64,000 bases of DNA from an uncultured Candidatus Saccharibacteria bacterium. Lineage in GTDB: Bacteria > Patescibacteriota > Minisyncoccia > Phycocordibacterales > UBA6899. Where the stretch lies: the NCBI GenBank assembly GCA_964515375.1, contig CAZERF010000001.1, forward strand, positions 45,777-109,776, written 5' to 3'. The position numbers and the translations under genes were made by a program. Within the stretch, counting starts at the first letter, position 1. Each line of letters opens with the position of its first letter. This document shows positions 46,836-57,412 of this stretch, piece after piece. The notes under the pieces were generated by a model. That model did not search any database. It was not told where the DNA came from and saw nothing but the letters and a program-made list of their open reading frames with translations.

Positions 46836-46867
46836 CATAAAGGACATTCTGTGAATTGTCCTTTATG
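46836..46867. promoter_or_regulatory. Second copy of the ATAAAGGACAT operator-like inverted repeat (9-nt spacer)
   Basis: CATAAAGGACAT-tctgtgaat-TGTCCTTTATG lies in the divergent intergenic region between the S1 protein gene and the MBL-fold gene. Confidence 0.5.
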
Positions 46868-46977
46868 AAAACGGTGCACGCACGATCTGCGGCATGGGGA
46901 ACGTTATCTTGTTATTGTGCAATCGTTGGGCGATCATTCAAGTTTTCATTTCGACATTGAGCTGGTATACTGCGCCC

Positions 46978-47619
46978 ATGATCATCACATATCATGGAGG
47001 ACAATTCATCAAGATCGCTCAAGGAGATACGGTCATCGCAGCCAATCCGTTCGGTAAGGGTTCTCAATATAAACCGATCCGTTTTGGCGCCCGTCTCGGA
47101 CTCATTTCGGTGAATCATCCTGATTTCAATGGTGCGGAAAATCTTGCTCATGGGGAGAAGACCCCTTTCGTCATTTCGGGTCCCGGTGAGTATGAGGTCG
47201 GAGGTATCTCGGTTTCAGGTACCCTTGCGCCGAAAGGTTTTGGAAAAGACGAACTCCTTAATACGATCTATGCGGTTGAAATGGAGGGCGTGCGTTTGTG
47301 TATGCTTGGTGCGCTTTCTTCTATCGACCTTACGAGTGAGCAGATCGAGGGAATCGGTGAAGTTGATATTCTTTTTGTTCCCGTTTCGGGGGAGGGTATC
47401 CTTTCACCCGCCGATGCGGGCAAGATCGCGGTCTCGCTCGATGCCAAGATCATCATTCCGGTTGGGTGGTCCGATCCTTCCGACAAACAACTCCTACTCT
47501 TTCTAAAGGAGGCCGGGGATGAGGGTATCGCCTCGGTGGAGAAGCTGACACTCAAGAAGAAAGATCTTGAAGGGAAGGAGGGTCAAGTTGTTTTACTGGA
47601 ACCTCTTTCGCACGCATAA
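46978..47619 (+). CDS. MBL-fold metal-dependent hydrolase (UPF0173-like)
   Basis: MIITYHGGQFIKIAQGDTVIAANPF... matches the N-terminal pattern of UlaG/UPF0173 beta-lactamase-fold proteins. The start was chosen at ATG 46978. Confidence 0.6.
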   Translation: MIITYHGGQFIKIAQGDTVIAANPFGKGSQYKPIRFGARLGLISVNHPDFNGAENLAHGEKTPFVISGPGEYEVGGISVSGTLAPKGFGKDELLNTIYAVEMEGVRLCMLGALSSIDLTSEQIEGIGEVDILFVPVSGEGILSPADAGKIAVSLDAKIIIPVGWSDPSDKQLLLFLKEAGDEGIASVEKLTLKKKDLEGKEGQVVLLEPLSHA

Positions 47620-47628
47620 CAATTTTCC

Positions 47629-48081
47629 ATGTGGGAGTTTTTGGACAATTTGCGCAAGAAGCCGGAGCACGTGCGACATCAAATCGCCTTTTTCGTCAGC
47701 TCGGGAGTTTTTGGGCTCATTGTGTTTATGTGGTATGCCGCGGGAGGTATCGCCCCTGCAAGTTCGCGTGCCTTTTCCGAGGTGAGCACGCCGCTTTCAG
47801 TTGTCGCCAAGACGCTGGGTGGGGTAAAGAATGAAACACAAATGATGGCATCAACCTTCCGTGCCGACCTGGAAGAACTTCTCCTTCAAAATGCCTCAAC
47901 CTCCCTCTCTGATGTTGATACGATCACTGAAACAAGAGAACACATAGCGGACATTCTTGATTCGCCGCCGGAAGGATCATCCGGAACTTCCTCCGGTCTT
48001 GGGACCACCGCCCCGCCTTGGAGTTTTGAAGAGGAACAAGAGTACAACCAGGTAACCGATATAAGCGAAGAAACACTATGA
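47629..48081 (+). CDS. Hypothetical membrane protein
   Basis: The 150-aa ORF has one N-terminal TM helix. It overlaps the gyrA start by 4 nt. Confidence 0.45.
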   Translation: MWEFLDNLRKKPEHVRHQIAFFVSSGVFGLIVFMWYAAGGIAPASSRAFSEVSTPLSVVAKTLGGVKNETQMMASTFRADLEELLLQNASTSLSDVDTITETREHIADILDSPPEGSSGTSSGLGTTAPPWSFEEEQEYNQVTDISEETL

Positions 48082-50561
48082 CCAAGAAGACCAAAACACA
48101 ACCCGAAATTCCTCCCGAGACGAACAGTGCTCCGTCCGCCAATGTCGTACCGGTAAACATCTCAAAAGAGATGCGTGATTCGTATCTCAATTACGCAATG
48201 TCGGTCATTGTGCAGCGTGCACTCCCGGACGTGCGTGACGGGCTGAAGCCGGTCCATCGTCGTATTCTCTTCGCGATGCACGAGATGGGGCTTGTCCCCG
48301 GCGCGCGTTTCAAGAAATCCGCTGCTGTTGTCGGTGATGTGCTCGGAAAATATCATCCCCACGGCGATTTCGCGGTTTATGAATCGATGGTCAAGATGGC
48401 GCAAACATTCTCGATGCGCTACCCGCTTGTGCTTGGCCAGGGAAACTTCGGTTCGATCGACGGCGATTCCGCGGCGGCCATGCGTTATACGGAAGCAAAG
48501 ATGGCGCGCATTTCGACTGAAGTGCTCAAGGACCTCGAAAAGGAGACGGTTCAATTCACTCCGAACTATGACGGTTCGCGCAAGGAACCAACCGTTCTTC
48601 CGTCGGTTGTCCCCAACCTTCTCTTGAACGGTACGCTCGGTATTGCGGTCGGAATGGCGACCAACATCCCGCCCCACAATTTGACCGAGGTGATCGACGC
48701 ACTTACGCATTTGATCGACAATCCGGACGCGACCACAGATGATCTGCTTGAGTTTGTTCAGGGTCCGGATTTTCCGACCGGAGGGCTTGCTTACGGAAAG
48801 ACAGAGATCCAGCACGCCTATGCGAGTGGGCGCGGCGGTGTCGTGTGTCGCGGCGAAGCGGAGATCGTGGAGACCAAAGTCGGCCAAAGCGAGATCATCA
48901 TTACGTCACTCCCGTATCGCGTCAACAAGGCGGATCTGCTCTCCAAGATCGCGGAGATGGTGCGTGAAAAGAAACTCGAAGGCATCAAAGACCTGCGCGA
49001 CGAATCCGCAAAAGGCGATATTCGTATCGCAGTCTACTTGAAGTCTGGGGTGCCACCGCAGAAGGTTCTGAACTATCTGTATCGTCACACGGAACTCGAA
49101 TCGACTTTCCACTACAACATGCTTGCGCTTGTCGACGGCATTCCGCAGACTCTTTCGCTCAAGACGATGCTCGAGGAATTCGTGAAGCATCGCAAGGTTG
49201 TTGTGCGACGTCGCACTGAGTTTGACCTTACAAAAGCGAAGGATCGTGAGCACATTTTGCTCGGTCTCAAGAAGGCGCTTGATCACATTGACGAGATCAT
49301 CAAGATCATCAAGGCGTCAAAAGATACACCGACCGCGCAGGTAAACCTCATGAAGGCGTTCAAGTTCTCGGAACGTCAGGCGACTGCTATTCTTGAAATG
49401 AAGCTGCAAAAGCTTGCCGGCCTGGAGCGCAAAAAGATTGAAGATGAACTCAAGGCGGTACAGGCCACGATCAAAGAGCTTGAATCCATTCTGGAAAGTC
49501 CCAAGAAGATGCTTGGTGTCATTAAGGATGAGTTGGCGACACTCCGTGAACGCTATGGGGACGAGCGTCGAACCAAGATCATCAAGGGTGGAGTAAAGAT
49601 GATCTCCGTTGAGGACACGATTCCGGAGAAAGAAACGGTCCTTGTGTTCACGGCAGGCGGGTATATCAAGCGAACTGATCCGAGTGAATATCGCACACAA
49701 CGTCGTGGCGGTGTTGGTGTTGTCGACCTGGACACAAAAGAGGAAGACTTCGTCCAAATGTTCCTGACGACATCCACGCATGCGGATATTCTCTTCTTCA
49801 CCGACAAAGGCAAGGCCTATCAGATCAAAGCGTATGAACTTCCCGAAGGCAAACGCGCGACCAAGGGGAAATCCATCATGAACTACCTTTCCTTGGATGG
49901 TTCTGAGTCGGTGACCTCGATGCTCGCGATGCCCAAGGAGGCCAAGGCGAGCACCAAACTTTCATTGCTTATGGTGACAGGGAAGGGGGTGGTCAAGAAA
50001 GTTGCGGCAAGTGATTTCCGCGATGTGCGCCGCTCTGGTTTGATCGCTATTAAGCTTCAACCCGGCGATCAGTTGCTTTCCGCGCGCTTTGTGGAAGGGA
50101 AAGATGATGTGTCTTTGGTGACCGCGATGGGGCAGTCGATCCGTTTCAGACATACCGATGTACGTGAGATGGGGCGGAGTGCCGGTGGGGTGCGCGGTGT
50201 GACCCTCAAGGGGAACGACCGCATTGTGACCGCCGATGTGATCAAGGAGGGTCACGAAGATTCATTCTTGATCGTGATGAGTGAACAGGGCTACGGAAAG
50301 ATGAGCAAGGTTTCTGAATATAAGGTCCAAAAACGGGGTGGTTCCGGAATCAAGACTGCCAACGTAACAGCAAAAACAGGAAAGATCATGACCGGACTCG
50401 TCCTCCTTGATCGTGAAGGAGAAGTGGTCGCGATCTCAAAGAACAGCCAAGTGATCCGCGTTCCGCTTTCTGATATCCCCGTGCTTGGTCGCCAGACACA
50501 AGGGGTGCGTATCATGAAACTCCGTGAAGGAGATGCGATCGCGTCTATTATTGCGCTTTGA
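48078..50561 (+). CDS. gyrA: DNA gyrase subunit A
   Basis: [23 protein letters not shown] is present. The active-site Tyr region is AAMRYTE. C-terminal beta-pinwheel repeats are present. Confidence 0.97.
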   Translation: MTKKTKTQPEIPPETNSAPSANVVPVNISKEMRDSYLNYAMSVIVQRALPDVRDGLKPVHRRILFAMHEMGLVPGARFKKSAAVVGDVLGKYHPHGDFAVYESMVKMAQTFSMRYPLVLGQGNFGSIDGDSAAAMRYTEAKMARISTEVLKDLEKETVQFTPNYDGSRKEPTVLPSVVPNLLLNGTLGIAVGMATNIPPHNLTEVIDALTHLIDNPDATTDDLLEFVQGPDFPTGGLAYGKTEIQHAYASGRGGVVCRGEAEIVETKVGQSEIIITSLPYRVNKADLLSKIAEMVREKKLEGIKDLRDESAKGDIRIAVYLKSGVPPQKVLNYLYRHTELESTFHYNMLALVDGIPQTLSLKTMLEEFVKHRKVVVRRRTEFDLTKAKDREHILLGLKKALDHIDEIIKIIKASKDTPTAQVNLMKAFKFSERQATAILEMKLQKLAGLERKKIEDELKAVQATIKELESILESPKKMLGVIKDELATLRERYGDERRTKIIKGGVKMISVEDTIPEKETVLVFTAGGYIKRTDPSEYRTQRRGGVGVVDLDTKEEDFVQMFLTTSTHADILFFTDKGKAYQIKAYELPEGKRATKGKSIMNYLSLDGSESVTSMLAMPKEAKASTKLSLLMVTGKGVVKKVAASDFRDVRRSGLIAIKLQPGDQLLSARFVEGKDDVSLVTAMGQSIRFRHTDVREMGRSAGGVRGVTLKGNDRIVTADVIKEGHEDSFLIVMSEQGYGKMSKVSEYKVQKRGGSGIKTANVTAKTGKIMTGLVLLDREGEVVAISKNSQVIRVPLSDIPVLGRQTQGVRIMKLREGDAIASIIAL

Positions 50562-50657
50562 TTTCATCGTGCCCGTTGACTGCTTCAAAAATTCATGACA
50601 TGGTGAGAGTTATCCACTATTCTCTGTGTGATAGGGGGGTGGTATACTGAAGAAACC

Positions 50658-51242
50658 ATGTTTTCAGCTCCTGAGAAAAACGTAGAGCAGCTTCATCTTG
50701 AACCGCATCAGATCGTCGCTGATTTTGGCGCGGGGAGTGGCGCCTACACGATCGCGGCCGCTCAAGCGCTCGGGGGGACAGGGAAGGTCTATGCGATTGA
50801 TGTTCAGAAGGACCTCTTGACTCGCCTTGCTTCGACGTGCAAGGAGGCACATTTAGGTAATGTCTCTTTTATTTGGGGAAATCTCGAAAAACCGGGCGGC
50901 ACCAAATTGCGCGAACAATCTGTTGACGTGGTCATTGTTTCCAATGTTCTCTTCCAGTCTGAGGATAGAAAGGGTCTTTTAGATGAGGCGCGTCGAGTGT
51001 TACGTCAAGGAGGCACACTCCTTATTGTTGACTGGACGGCGTCATTTGGGAATTTGGGACCCGAACCTTCACAGGTGTTTCCGGAACTCGAAGCACGGAA
51101 GCTTGCGGAGTCATTGAACTTTTCTTTAGATCGTACACTGAATGCCGGGAATTTTCATTATGGACTTATTTTTCGTAAAGGACTCTTTACTACCGCCGCT
51201 TCACATGCAACTCCATCGGTAACCAGTTATTCTCCACGCTGA
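50658..51242 (+). CDS. Class I SAM-dependent methyltransferase
   Basis: Motif I is VADFGAGSGAYT. Motifs II/III follow. The ATG at 50658 was preferred over the GTG at 50628. Confidence 0.75.
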   Translation: MFSAPEKNVEQLHLEPHQIVADFGAGSGAYTIAAAQALGGTGKVYAIDVQKDLLTRLASTCKEAHLGNVSFIWGNLEKPGGTKLREQSVDVVIVSNVLFQSEDRKGLLDEARRVLRQGGTLLIVDWTASFGNLGPEPSQVFPELEARKLAESLNFSLDRTLNAGNFHYGLIFRKGLFTTAASHATPSVTSYSPR

Positions 51243-51270
51243 ATTTAAAGCGATATCATCATTTTAGATC

Positions 51271-52581
51271 ATGAATTTTCAATATATCCTTCTTTCGATC
51301 TTTGCGGTTATGGGGGTGATCGCCGTGATCGTTTTCGCAAACCCCCCGGAAAAGGAAGGAAGTGGTGCTATTGCCGGAGCGAAAGGGGAGGTGGTGATAT
51401 GGGGCACGTATCCTGAGAATCAAGTTTCGCAAGTACTGAATAACTTCAACAAAGAGTACGAGGATTCGTTCAAGGTATCTTATAAATATTTTGACTCGAG
51501 TCGTTTTGATACGAGTATCGTTGAGTCGCTTGCGAGCGATCGTGGTCCTGATATTCTCCTTCTCCCGAACGATCTTATCTTGCGTCATTCCGACAAGATC
51601 GAGCTTGTTCCGTATACCGCAATACCCCAGCTCACTTATCAGTCTACCTTTATTGAGGGTGGTGAGATCTTTATGCGTAGCCAAGGTATTGTTGCTATTC
51701 CGTATGCGATCGATCCGATCGTTATGTATTGGAACCGTGACCTCTTCAATAATGCTTCCATAACCCTCCCCCCGAAGTATTGGGAGGAATTGTTGGTCCT
51801 TGCGCCAAAGCTGACCAAACGTGATCTTCGCACACAGAACATCCTGCAGAGCGCCGTTGCCTTTGGTGAATATGAAAATATCACCAACGCAAAGGATGTG
51901 ATTTCTATGCTTTTCTTGCAGACGGGTGTGCAGATCGTTGGAGTAGAGGACGGGGATGTTGTTGCTGATCTTGAGGTGAGTAAGGGGGAGCAGTTGGTCC
52001 CCAACCAGGATGTTGTTTCGGCGCTTCGTTTCTTTATGGACTTCTCTGATCCGCGTAAGGCGAACTACTCATGGAGCCGTGCGTTGCCGTCTTCCCGTGA
52101 ACAGTTCCTGAAAGGGGAACTTGCCATTCATTTTGACTACGCAAGCGCATACGGCACCCTGAAGGAACGCAATCCGCATCTCAATTTTGCGGTTGCAATG
52201 GTTCCTCAAGCAAAAGGAAATACGGTCGAAGTAACCTTCGCGCGCATGCACGGTCTCGCGGTGCTAAAAAGTTCTCAAAACAAACAAACAGCGATGATTG
52301 CTGTGCAGCAACTCCTTCGCTCTGAACATGCCCGTGCGTTTGCAGAGGTGTTTAATCTCCCTCCAGTGCGGCGTGATCTCTTGAATGTTTCTCAGACTGA
52401 TGCATCACGCACAGTTTTCTATGATTCGGCAATACGTGCTCGCACCTGGCTCGACCCTCGGCCTGAAGTTACAGCGACGGCATTTTTGGATATGGTTGAG
52501 GGGGTGTCGTCGGGGAGGTTGAGGGCGGATGACGGTGTTACACTCCTTTCTTCGCGATTGAGAGCTCTTTTGAAACGTTAA
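51271..52581 (+). CDS. Extracellular solute-binding protein (ABC-type, family 1-like), membrane anchored
   Basis: The 436-aa ORF has an N-terminal signal anchor and a periplasmic-binding-protein-like fold pattern. The match is weak. Confidence 0.55.
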   Translation: MNFQYILLSIFAVMGVIAVIVFANPPEKEGSGAIAGAKGEVVIWGTYPENQVSQVLNNFNKEYEDSFKVSYKYFDSSRFDTSIVESLASDRGPDILLLPNDLILRHSDKIELVPYTAIPQLTYQSTFIEGGEIFMRSQGIVAIPYAIDPIVMYWNRDLFNNASITLPPKYWEELLVLAPKLTKRDLRTQNILQSAVAFGEYENITNAKDVISMLFLQTGVQIVGVEDGDVVADLEVSKGEQLVPNQDVVSALRFFMDFSDPRKANYSWSRALPSSREQFLKGELAIHFDYASAYGTLKERNPHLNFAVAMVPQAKGNTVEVTFARMHGLAVLKSSQNKQTAMIAVQQLLRSEHARAFAEVFNLPPVRRDLLNVSQTDASRTVFYDSAIRARTWLDPRPEVTATAFLDMVEGVSSGRLRADDGVTLLSSRLRALLKR

Positions 52582-52592
52582 CCTCAAAAATC

Positions 52593-53000
52593 ATGCGTAC
52601 TGTAAATAGGAAATTGATCATATTCTTTCTCTCGTTGGGGTTTGTTTTTGCCCCCTTGGTCTTTGCTGAGGATTCAGGATTAATCCCATGCGGAAATGAT
52701 GTTAAGAATGGTAAGGTAACGGATCCTTGTGGTTACGACGATCTTGTCACACTAGCAAAGAACGTCATTGATTTCCTCATTTTCAAGATCGCTGCACCGC
52801 TCGGGGCTGTTATGTTTGCGTACGCCGGGTTCTTGTATCTCACAAATGGAGGAAACGAATCAAAAATCAAGGAAGCGCACACAATATTCCTCTATGTCTT
52901 TTGGGGGCTTGTTGTCGCACTGGCCGCATGGCTCATTGTGAATTTTGTGTTGACGTTCTTCCTTGGAGAAAGTTCTACCTTTAACTTCCTTGGTGTATGA
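52593..53000 (+). CDS. Small secreted two-helix membrane protein, VirB2/TrbC-pilin-like paralog 1
   Basis: A signal peptide is followed by ~35 aa, TM helix 1 (IAAPLGAVMFAYAGFLYL), the loop TNGGNESKIKEA, and TM helix 2 (IFLYVFWGLVVALAAWLIVNFV). This core motif is shared with the next seven genes. Confidence 0.7.
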   Translation: MRTVNRKLIIFFLSLGFVFAPLVFAEDSGLIPCGNDVKNGKVTDPCGYDDLVTLAKNVIDFLIFKIAAPLGAVMFAYAGFLYLTNGGNESKIKEAHTIFLYVFWGLVVALAAWLIVNFVLTFFLGESSTFNFLGV

Positions 53001-53350
53001 ACCTCTTTTCTCGCCCGGTATTTCGAACTGTCGTGAGTGTGGGTACTTTTTCTTTCCTCTTTGCTCCGCTTGCTCATGCCGGCTCATATACGAATCCGAT
53101 CAAGTATGGTGACATTGAGACTGTTCCTGAATTCCTCTTCGCCTTGGTCGATCTTGTCTTCTTGATCGCAGTACCGCTTATTGTGATTTGTATCATTTAT
53201 TCCGGCTTTCTTTTTGTGACCGCGGGAGACAATGAGTCTCAGATAGGAAAGGCTCGTACGGTCTTTCTTTGGACCCTTATTGGTGCGGCTGTCCTCCTTG
53301 GCGCAAAAGCGATCGCAATGGCGATCCAAAACACGATCGACTCTCTATGA
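52997..53350 (+). CDS. VirB2/TrbC-pilin-like paralog 2
   Basis: It has the same architecture. The loop is TAGDNESQIGKA and TM helix 2 is VFLWTLIGAAVLLGA. There is an ATGA overlap with the neighbouring gene. Confidence 0.7.
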   Translation: MNLFSRPVFRTVVSVGTFSFLFAPLAHAGSYTNPIKYGDIETVPEFLFALVDLVFLIAVPLIVICIIYSGFLFVTAGDNESQIGKARTVFLWTLIGAAVLLGAKAIAMAIQNTIDSL

Positions 53351-53676
53351 AGTGGTACACCCATACAGCACTTGCGCTCTCCCTCTTCCCGCATCTTGCA
53401 TATGCGACGAAGCTTGGACCACCGACAGCTTCACTTGGTGGAACACTTCAGGATTTCATCTACCTGCTGATCAACATCATACAAGCGGTCGGCATCCCGA
53501 TTTTGGTTATCTGCATCATCTATTCGGGGTATTTGCTTGTTTCAGCCGGTGGGAATGAACAGCAGGTAACCAAGGCAAAGTCGTGGATAATCTGGACGCT
53601 TGTAGGTGCCGCGATCATCCTTGGAGCGGAGGTGATCGCAAATCTCATCTTTACTACCGCCGAAGAATTTGAATGA
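53348..53676 (+). CDS. VirB2/TrbC-pilin-like paralog 3
   Basis: The start is ATG 53348 (MKWYTHTALAL). The loop is SAGGNEQQVTKA and TM helix 2 is WIIWTLVGAAIILGA. Confidence 0.7.
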
Positions 53677-53679
53677 TCC

Positions 53680-54027
53680 ATGAATAAAACAAAAAACATC
53701 ATTTACGCAGTGGCAGCACTCTTTCCTTTTGTTGCTCTCGCCACTTCACCATCAACATTTCGAGAGCTCGCTGAGCTTATCGTTGGACTAGTGAAGGGTT
53801 TCGTCGCGATCCTCTTTGCTTCGTTCTCTGTGGCAATGGTGTATGGTGTTGTTGTGTATCTCATGAACGCCGACAATGAGCAAAAGCGTTCGCAGATCAA
53901 GGGGTATTTGTTGTGGGGGATTATCGGTATTACCGTTGCGTTTGGCCTTTGGGGTATCTTGCAGATCATGTGTAACACGCTTGGTTGGGGTCTCTGCGGC
54001 ATTCCGATCATTGAACCCCCCGAATGA
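53680..54027 (+). CDS. VirB2/TrbC-pilin-like paralog 4
   Basis: The loop is MNADNEQKRSQIKG and TM helix 2 is LLWGIIGITVAFGLWGIL. Confidence 0.7.
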   Translation: MNKTKNIIYAVAALFPFVALATSPSTFRELAELIVGLVKGFVAILFASFSVAMVYGVVVYLMNADNEQKRSQIKGYLLWGIIGITVAFGLWGILQIMCNTLGWGLCGIPIIEPPE

Positions 54028-54046
54028 TTACTCACTGTACCACTTC

Positions 54047-54415
54047 ATGATATTTATGAAATCTTTTTTCTTGCTATTATCTCTTTTTGTGCCTTCGTTT
54101 GCCTCTGCCGGAGTGACGGACGTCGAAGATATCTTTTCTTTTCAGGAGCTTCTCTTTCGTCTTCTTATCGCCCTCAATTACTTTCTCTGGGTACTAGCGA
54201 TCGTTGTGTTCATGTGGGGGGTGGTACGTTTTATTGCAAATGCGGACGATGCCGAAGAGAGGGAGAAGGGGAGACACCTTATCATTTGGGGTATCATTTC
54301 TTTTGTTGTATTGCTTTCCTTGTGGGCATTCGTTTCGTTTATCCTTGTGGACACCTTCGGCATTTTTTCGGTTGAAGTTCCTTATGTGAACAAAGACGGA
54401 TTTGTTGTTGAATGA
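54047..54415 (+). CDS. VirB2/TrbC-pilin-like paralog 5
   Basis: The loop is ANADDAEEREKGRH and TM helix 2 is LIIWGIISFVVLLSLWAFV. Confidence 0.65.
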   Translation: MIFMKSFFLLLSLFVPSFASAGVTDVEDIFSFQELLFRLLIALNYFLWVLAIVVFMWGVVRFIANADDAEEREKGRHLIIWGIISFVVLLSLWAFVSFILVDTFGIFSVEVPYVNKDGFVVE

Positions 54416-54522
54416 CCTCAGCTCACTCTCGGCTCACAACACTTTTTCGGGCTTCTTGTGCTGCACCAGCTTTATCTCCGAGCTTTTAAGCTTACCTCAA
54501 ATGAAGGTGCACATGTTTTACG

Positions 54523-54655
54523 TCATCGTTCGGTCGAAGAGCGCATGCGGACATGGCTCTTCTTCCTCACTCGACGTAGTAACCCGTTGTCCACGTCGTC
54601 GTTCGGTCGAAGAGCGCATGCGGACATGGCTCTTCTTCCTCACTCGACGTAGTAA
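54523..54655 (+). repeat. Two tandem ~60-bp repeats, each forming a GAAGAGC...GCTCTTC hairpin
   Basis: TCGTTCGGTCGAAGAGCGCATGCGGACATGGCTCTTCTTCCTCACTCGACGTAGTAA occurs twice, about 72 bp apart, in the paralog 5/6 intergenic region. Confidence 0.7.
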
Positions 54656-54769
54656 TCCACACCCACCCCTTGCGGTGCATTGCTACTTGTTATCTTTAGG
54701 AGTATCATTAGGGAGTAGTTTGGTAAGTGTTCGTTTTAATATTATTAATTATCCAATTTACTTCGGTAT

Positions 54770-55129
54770 ATGAAGAAATTTATTGCAATAGCAATGCTCT
54801 TGGGTCCGACAGCGGCCTTTGCTACCCCGCTTGAGTCGACCTATACGCTTGTTAGTAACTTCCTTAACGCACTGATCCCACTCCTGATCACCCTCGCGGT
54901 CGTTGTCTTCTTCTGGGGTTTGGTCAAGTACATCATGAGCGCCTCTGACGAGGCAGCAAAGGAAGGCGGAAAGAATCTCATGATCTGGGGCATGATCGCC
55001 CTCTTCGTGATGGTGGCGTTCTGGGGTATCATCGGATACTTCCAGCAGTCGCTCGGTCTCTCCGGTTCGATCACGAGCACTGCACCTCCGATGATCGAGC
55101 TCCCGACCTCTGAAGACTTCCAATTCTAA
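54770..55129 (+). CDS. VirB2/TrbC-pilin-like paralog 6
   Basis: The loop is SASDEAAKEGGKN and TM helix 2 is LMIWGMIALFVMVAFWGIIGYF. Confidence 0.7.
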   Translation: MKKFIAIAMLLGPTAAFATPLESTYTLVSNFLNALIPLLITLAVVVFFWGLVKYIMSASDEAAKEGGKNLMIWGMIALFVMVAFWGIIGYFQQSLGLSGSITSTAPPMIELPTSEDFQF

Positions 55130-55211
55130 GGGAACGTTTTGCGGTCTGAAAAACCCCGCCTCCTGCGGGGTTTTTCTTGCTTGCATGTACGAAAGAGGAT
55201 ATAATTCTTTC

Positions 55212-55529
55212 ATGTTACAATTATTTTTCTCCATCGCACATGCCTCTGACACAGAGATACCCTCTAGTGTGAAAGAATTTATCGGTAAGATAAGCACCGA
55301 GATATTGAACCCGATCATTGCGGTCTTGTTTGTCTTGGCAACGTTGTATTTCTTTTATGGTGTTGCGAAGTATCTTTGGGATCCCGAGAATGAGGAGGCG
55401 CGCGAGGGTGGTAGGCGAAGTATGCTTTGGGGTATCGTTGGAATGTTCATTATGGTTTCTGTCTTTAGTATCATGCGATTCCTCATTAGTTCGATCGGCG
55501 CAGATGAGGCATTGATGGACTACGTTTAA
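55212..55529 (+). CDS. VirB2/TrbC-pilin-like paralog 7
   Basis: The loop is WDPENEEAREGGRRS and TM helix 2 is MLWGIVGMFIMVSVF. The ATG at 55185 is an alternative start. Confidence 0.6.
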   Translation: MLQLFFSIAHASDTEIPSSVKEFIGKISTEILNPIIAVLFVLATLYFFYGVAKYLWDPENEEAREGGRRSMLWGIVGMFIMVSVFSIMRFLISSIGADEALMDYV

Positions 55530-55549
55530 TTCTTTTTATTTCAACGCTT

Positions 55550-55849
55550 ATGGACATGGTCGAAGTATTTCAATATCTCATAAAGATGGTTGCGATGCTG
55601 ATCCCGATATTGGTGGGATTTGCGATTGTCGCTTTCTTTTGGGGTATCGTTAAATTCATTGCACACGCTGATGATGAGCGTGCGATTGCGGAAGGGAAGC
55701 TCTTCATCGTCTGGGGGTTGGTCGGACTTTTTGTTCTTGTTTCTTTTTGGGCTCTTGTCGGTTACATTCAAGAAACGATCGGGGTTGAGGAGGCACTTTC
55801 GCTCGGAAATCTCTCACAGCAAAAAACAGAGATTCCCGTCCCTGATTAG
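55550..55849 (+). CDS. VirB2/TrbC-pilin-like paralog 8 (core-only form)
   Basis: TM helix 1 is MVAMLIPILVGFAIVAFFWGIVKFI, the loop is AHADDERAIAEGK and TM helix 2 is LFIVWGLVGLFVLVSFWALVGY. It lacks the N-terminal pre-domain. Confidence 0.65.
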   Translation: MDMVEVFQYLIKMVAMLIPILVGFAIVAFFWGIVKFIAHADDERAIAEGKLFIVWGLVGLFVLVSFWALVGYIQETIGVEEALSLGNLSQQKTEIPVPD

Positions 55850-55875
55850 TACTTTTTCCTAGATTTCAAAAAAAG

Positions 55876-55910
55876 AACGCCGAGGTATTGCCTCGGCGTT
55901 TTCGAAAAGA
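55876..55910. terminator. Bidirectional terminator
   Basis: AAAAAAAGAACGCCGAGG-tatt-GCCTCGGCGTTTTCGAAAAG. Confidence 0.65.
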
Positions 55911-55918
55911 ACTTGGTT

Positions 55919-57412
55919 TTAGTTGACGATGACCTTGTACATGGCGTACAGCTCTTGATCCTTGAATAGCTGGATCCAGCGTACGCCATTTTGGTCGGTA
56001 AGGAGATTGGCGGGACCACGCACTCCGGGGTCGTGCTCGAAGAATCCGGGCCGAACCTCTTTTTGGGCATAGTGCTGCCTCCATGTGGTGCCGCAGCCGC
56101 GCATCCCATCGGGAAACTCGGTGTCGCAGGGGTAGGGGATCTCGATGATGAAATCCTTGTATTCTGCATCCGGGTCCCTGGCGATGATGATCGTCGGTTT
56201 GGTGCCGTCACCTCGGGCGATCCCAAGGAAGGGAATTGGGCGTTTGCCTTGTGCCGATCCTTGCATGATTTCAAACCCAAGACCGAGCGTTCCGGTCTCG
56301 CTCACCTCCTTTGCGGTAAGGTGTCCCCATTCGTCCCGAGTGATGAAACTCGATCTGAACTGGGAGACGTTGCCACGTGTCGCGTTTTGTTGCGGTTGCT
56401 CAACGGAGCTCATTCCCGTCATTGCAACCTCGGTGTTGGTGCCGAGGAAATACCACGCACCATAACCGATCGCGATGACGAGGAGGACACGCCCCAGGAT
56501 CTTGTGCTTGATGGCGTACCACAGCACGAGCAGAGCAAAGAGCACCGCACCCGCCCAGATGAATGTCTCTTTTTCAACCCCATCGAGACTCTCGGCACCT
56601 TTCTTTGCAACTTCACCGATCTGAGTCGGCGGAAGTTTGGGTACTCCTTTCCGCACCTCCTCTTCAAGTTTGATCATGGTCTCGAGTTCTTCGCTCGAGA
56701 GCACTTGACCCTTCTCAACTTTCTCCTTGAGACTCTCAAGCGCATCCGCTTTTTGGGTATCAAGGTTTCGCCAAGATTGTTCCCGGATCACTTGTGCTTG
56801 CGTCGCAGTTTCCGACATCTTGAACCAGACCGGATTGATTCCGACACTGGTCCACAGGGTGTGTGGGATTGCAGCGACCACGATCGCGATCAGTAGTGCG
56901 ATACACACGCCGAGCACAGGTTTGTGCCACGGACCACTCGCCATCTTGTTTGTTGCGACCGCATAGATCACGGTCGGAATGATCACAAGCATGACCGCGA
57001 CGGCTGATCCCGCTTGCGCCCATGTGTTCGCCAGGGCGGGGAAGTGGAAGTAAACCGCCATGTAGAACTCTGCCCAGATGAGCACGAGGAATACGATCTT
57101 GGCGACCGCTGCTAGTACTTTTCCGGCATACTTGCCGAAGTCTCCTTCAGCAGGAACGCCGTAGACGGCTCCAGCGATCGCCAGTACTGCTTGATGCTTC
57201 AGCTGGAACCATACCACAAGCCAGAGAATAAAGAATCCGACCTGTGTCACTAAAATGAGCCCTGTGAGCTCGAAATGTGCCATGATCGGCACGCCAACGA
57301 GGATGATGAGGAATGCAGTGAAGAATCCCTCAGTGATCCGGATCCACGCGCGGTCCGCTTCGTGTGCGGTCCATGTGGCAAGTCCGGGGATAAGTCTAAC
57401 GAGTGCTTCCAT
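55919..57412 (-). CDS. Large polytopic membrane protein (VirB6/TrbL-like topology?), hypothetical
   Basis: The 497-aa ORF has ~5 N-terminal TM helices, a central coiled-coil-like hydrophilic segment, 2 further TM helices and a ~150-aa soluble C-terminal domain. No motif was recognised. Confidence 0.55.
   Translation of the reverse strand: MEALVRLIPGLATWTAHEADRAWIRITEGFFTAFLIILVGVPIMAHFELTGLILVTQVGFFILWLVVWFQLKHQAVLAIAGAVYGVPAEGDFGKYAGKVLAAVAKIVFLVLIWAEFYMAVYFHFPALANTWAQAGSAVAVMLVIIPTVIYAVATNKMASGPWHKPVLGVCIALLIAIVVAAIPHTLWTSVGINPVWFKMSETATQAQVIREQSWRNLDTQKADALESLKEKVEKGQVLSSEELETMIKLEEEVRKGVPKLPPTQIGEVAKKGAESLDGVEKETFIWAGAVLFALLVLWYAIKHKILGRVLLVIAIGYGAWYFLGTNTEVAMTGMSSVEQPQQNATRGNVSQFRSSFITRDEWGHLTAKEVSETGTLGLGFEIMQGSAQGKRPIPFLGIARGDGTKPTIIIARDPDAEYKDFIIEIPYPCDTEFPDGMRGCGTTWRQHYAQKEVRPGFFEHDPGVRGPANLLTDQNGVRWIQLFKDQELYAMYKVIVN

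Noticed and set aside
48162-48887. 241-aa minus-strand ORF in gyrA
   Set aside because: It is antisense to gyrA.
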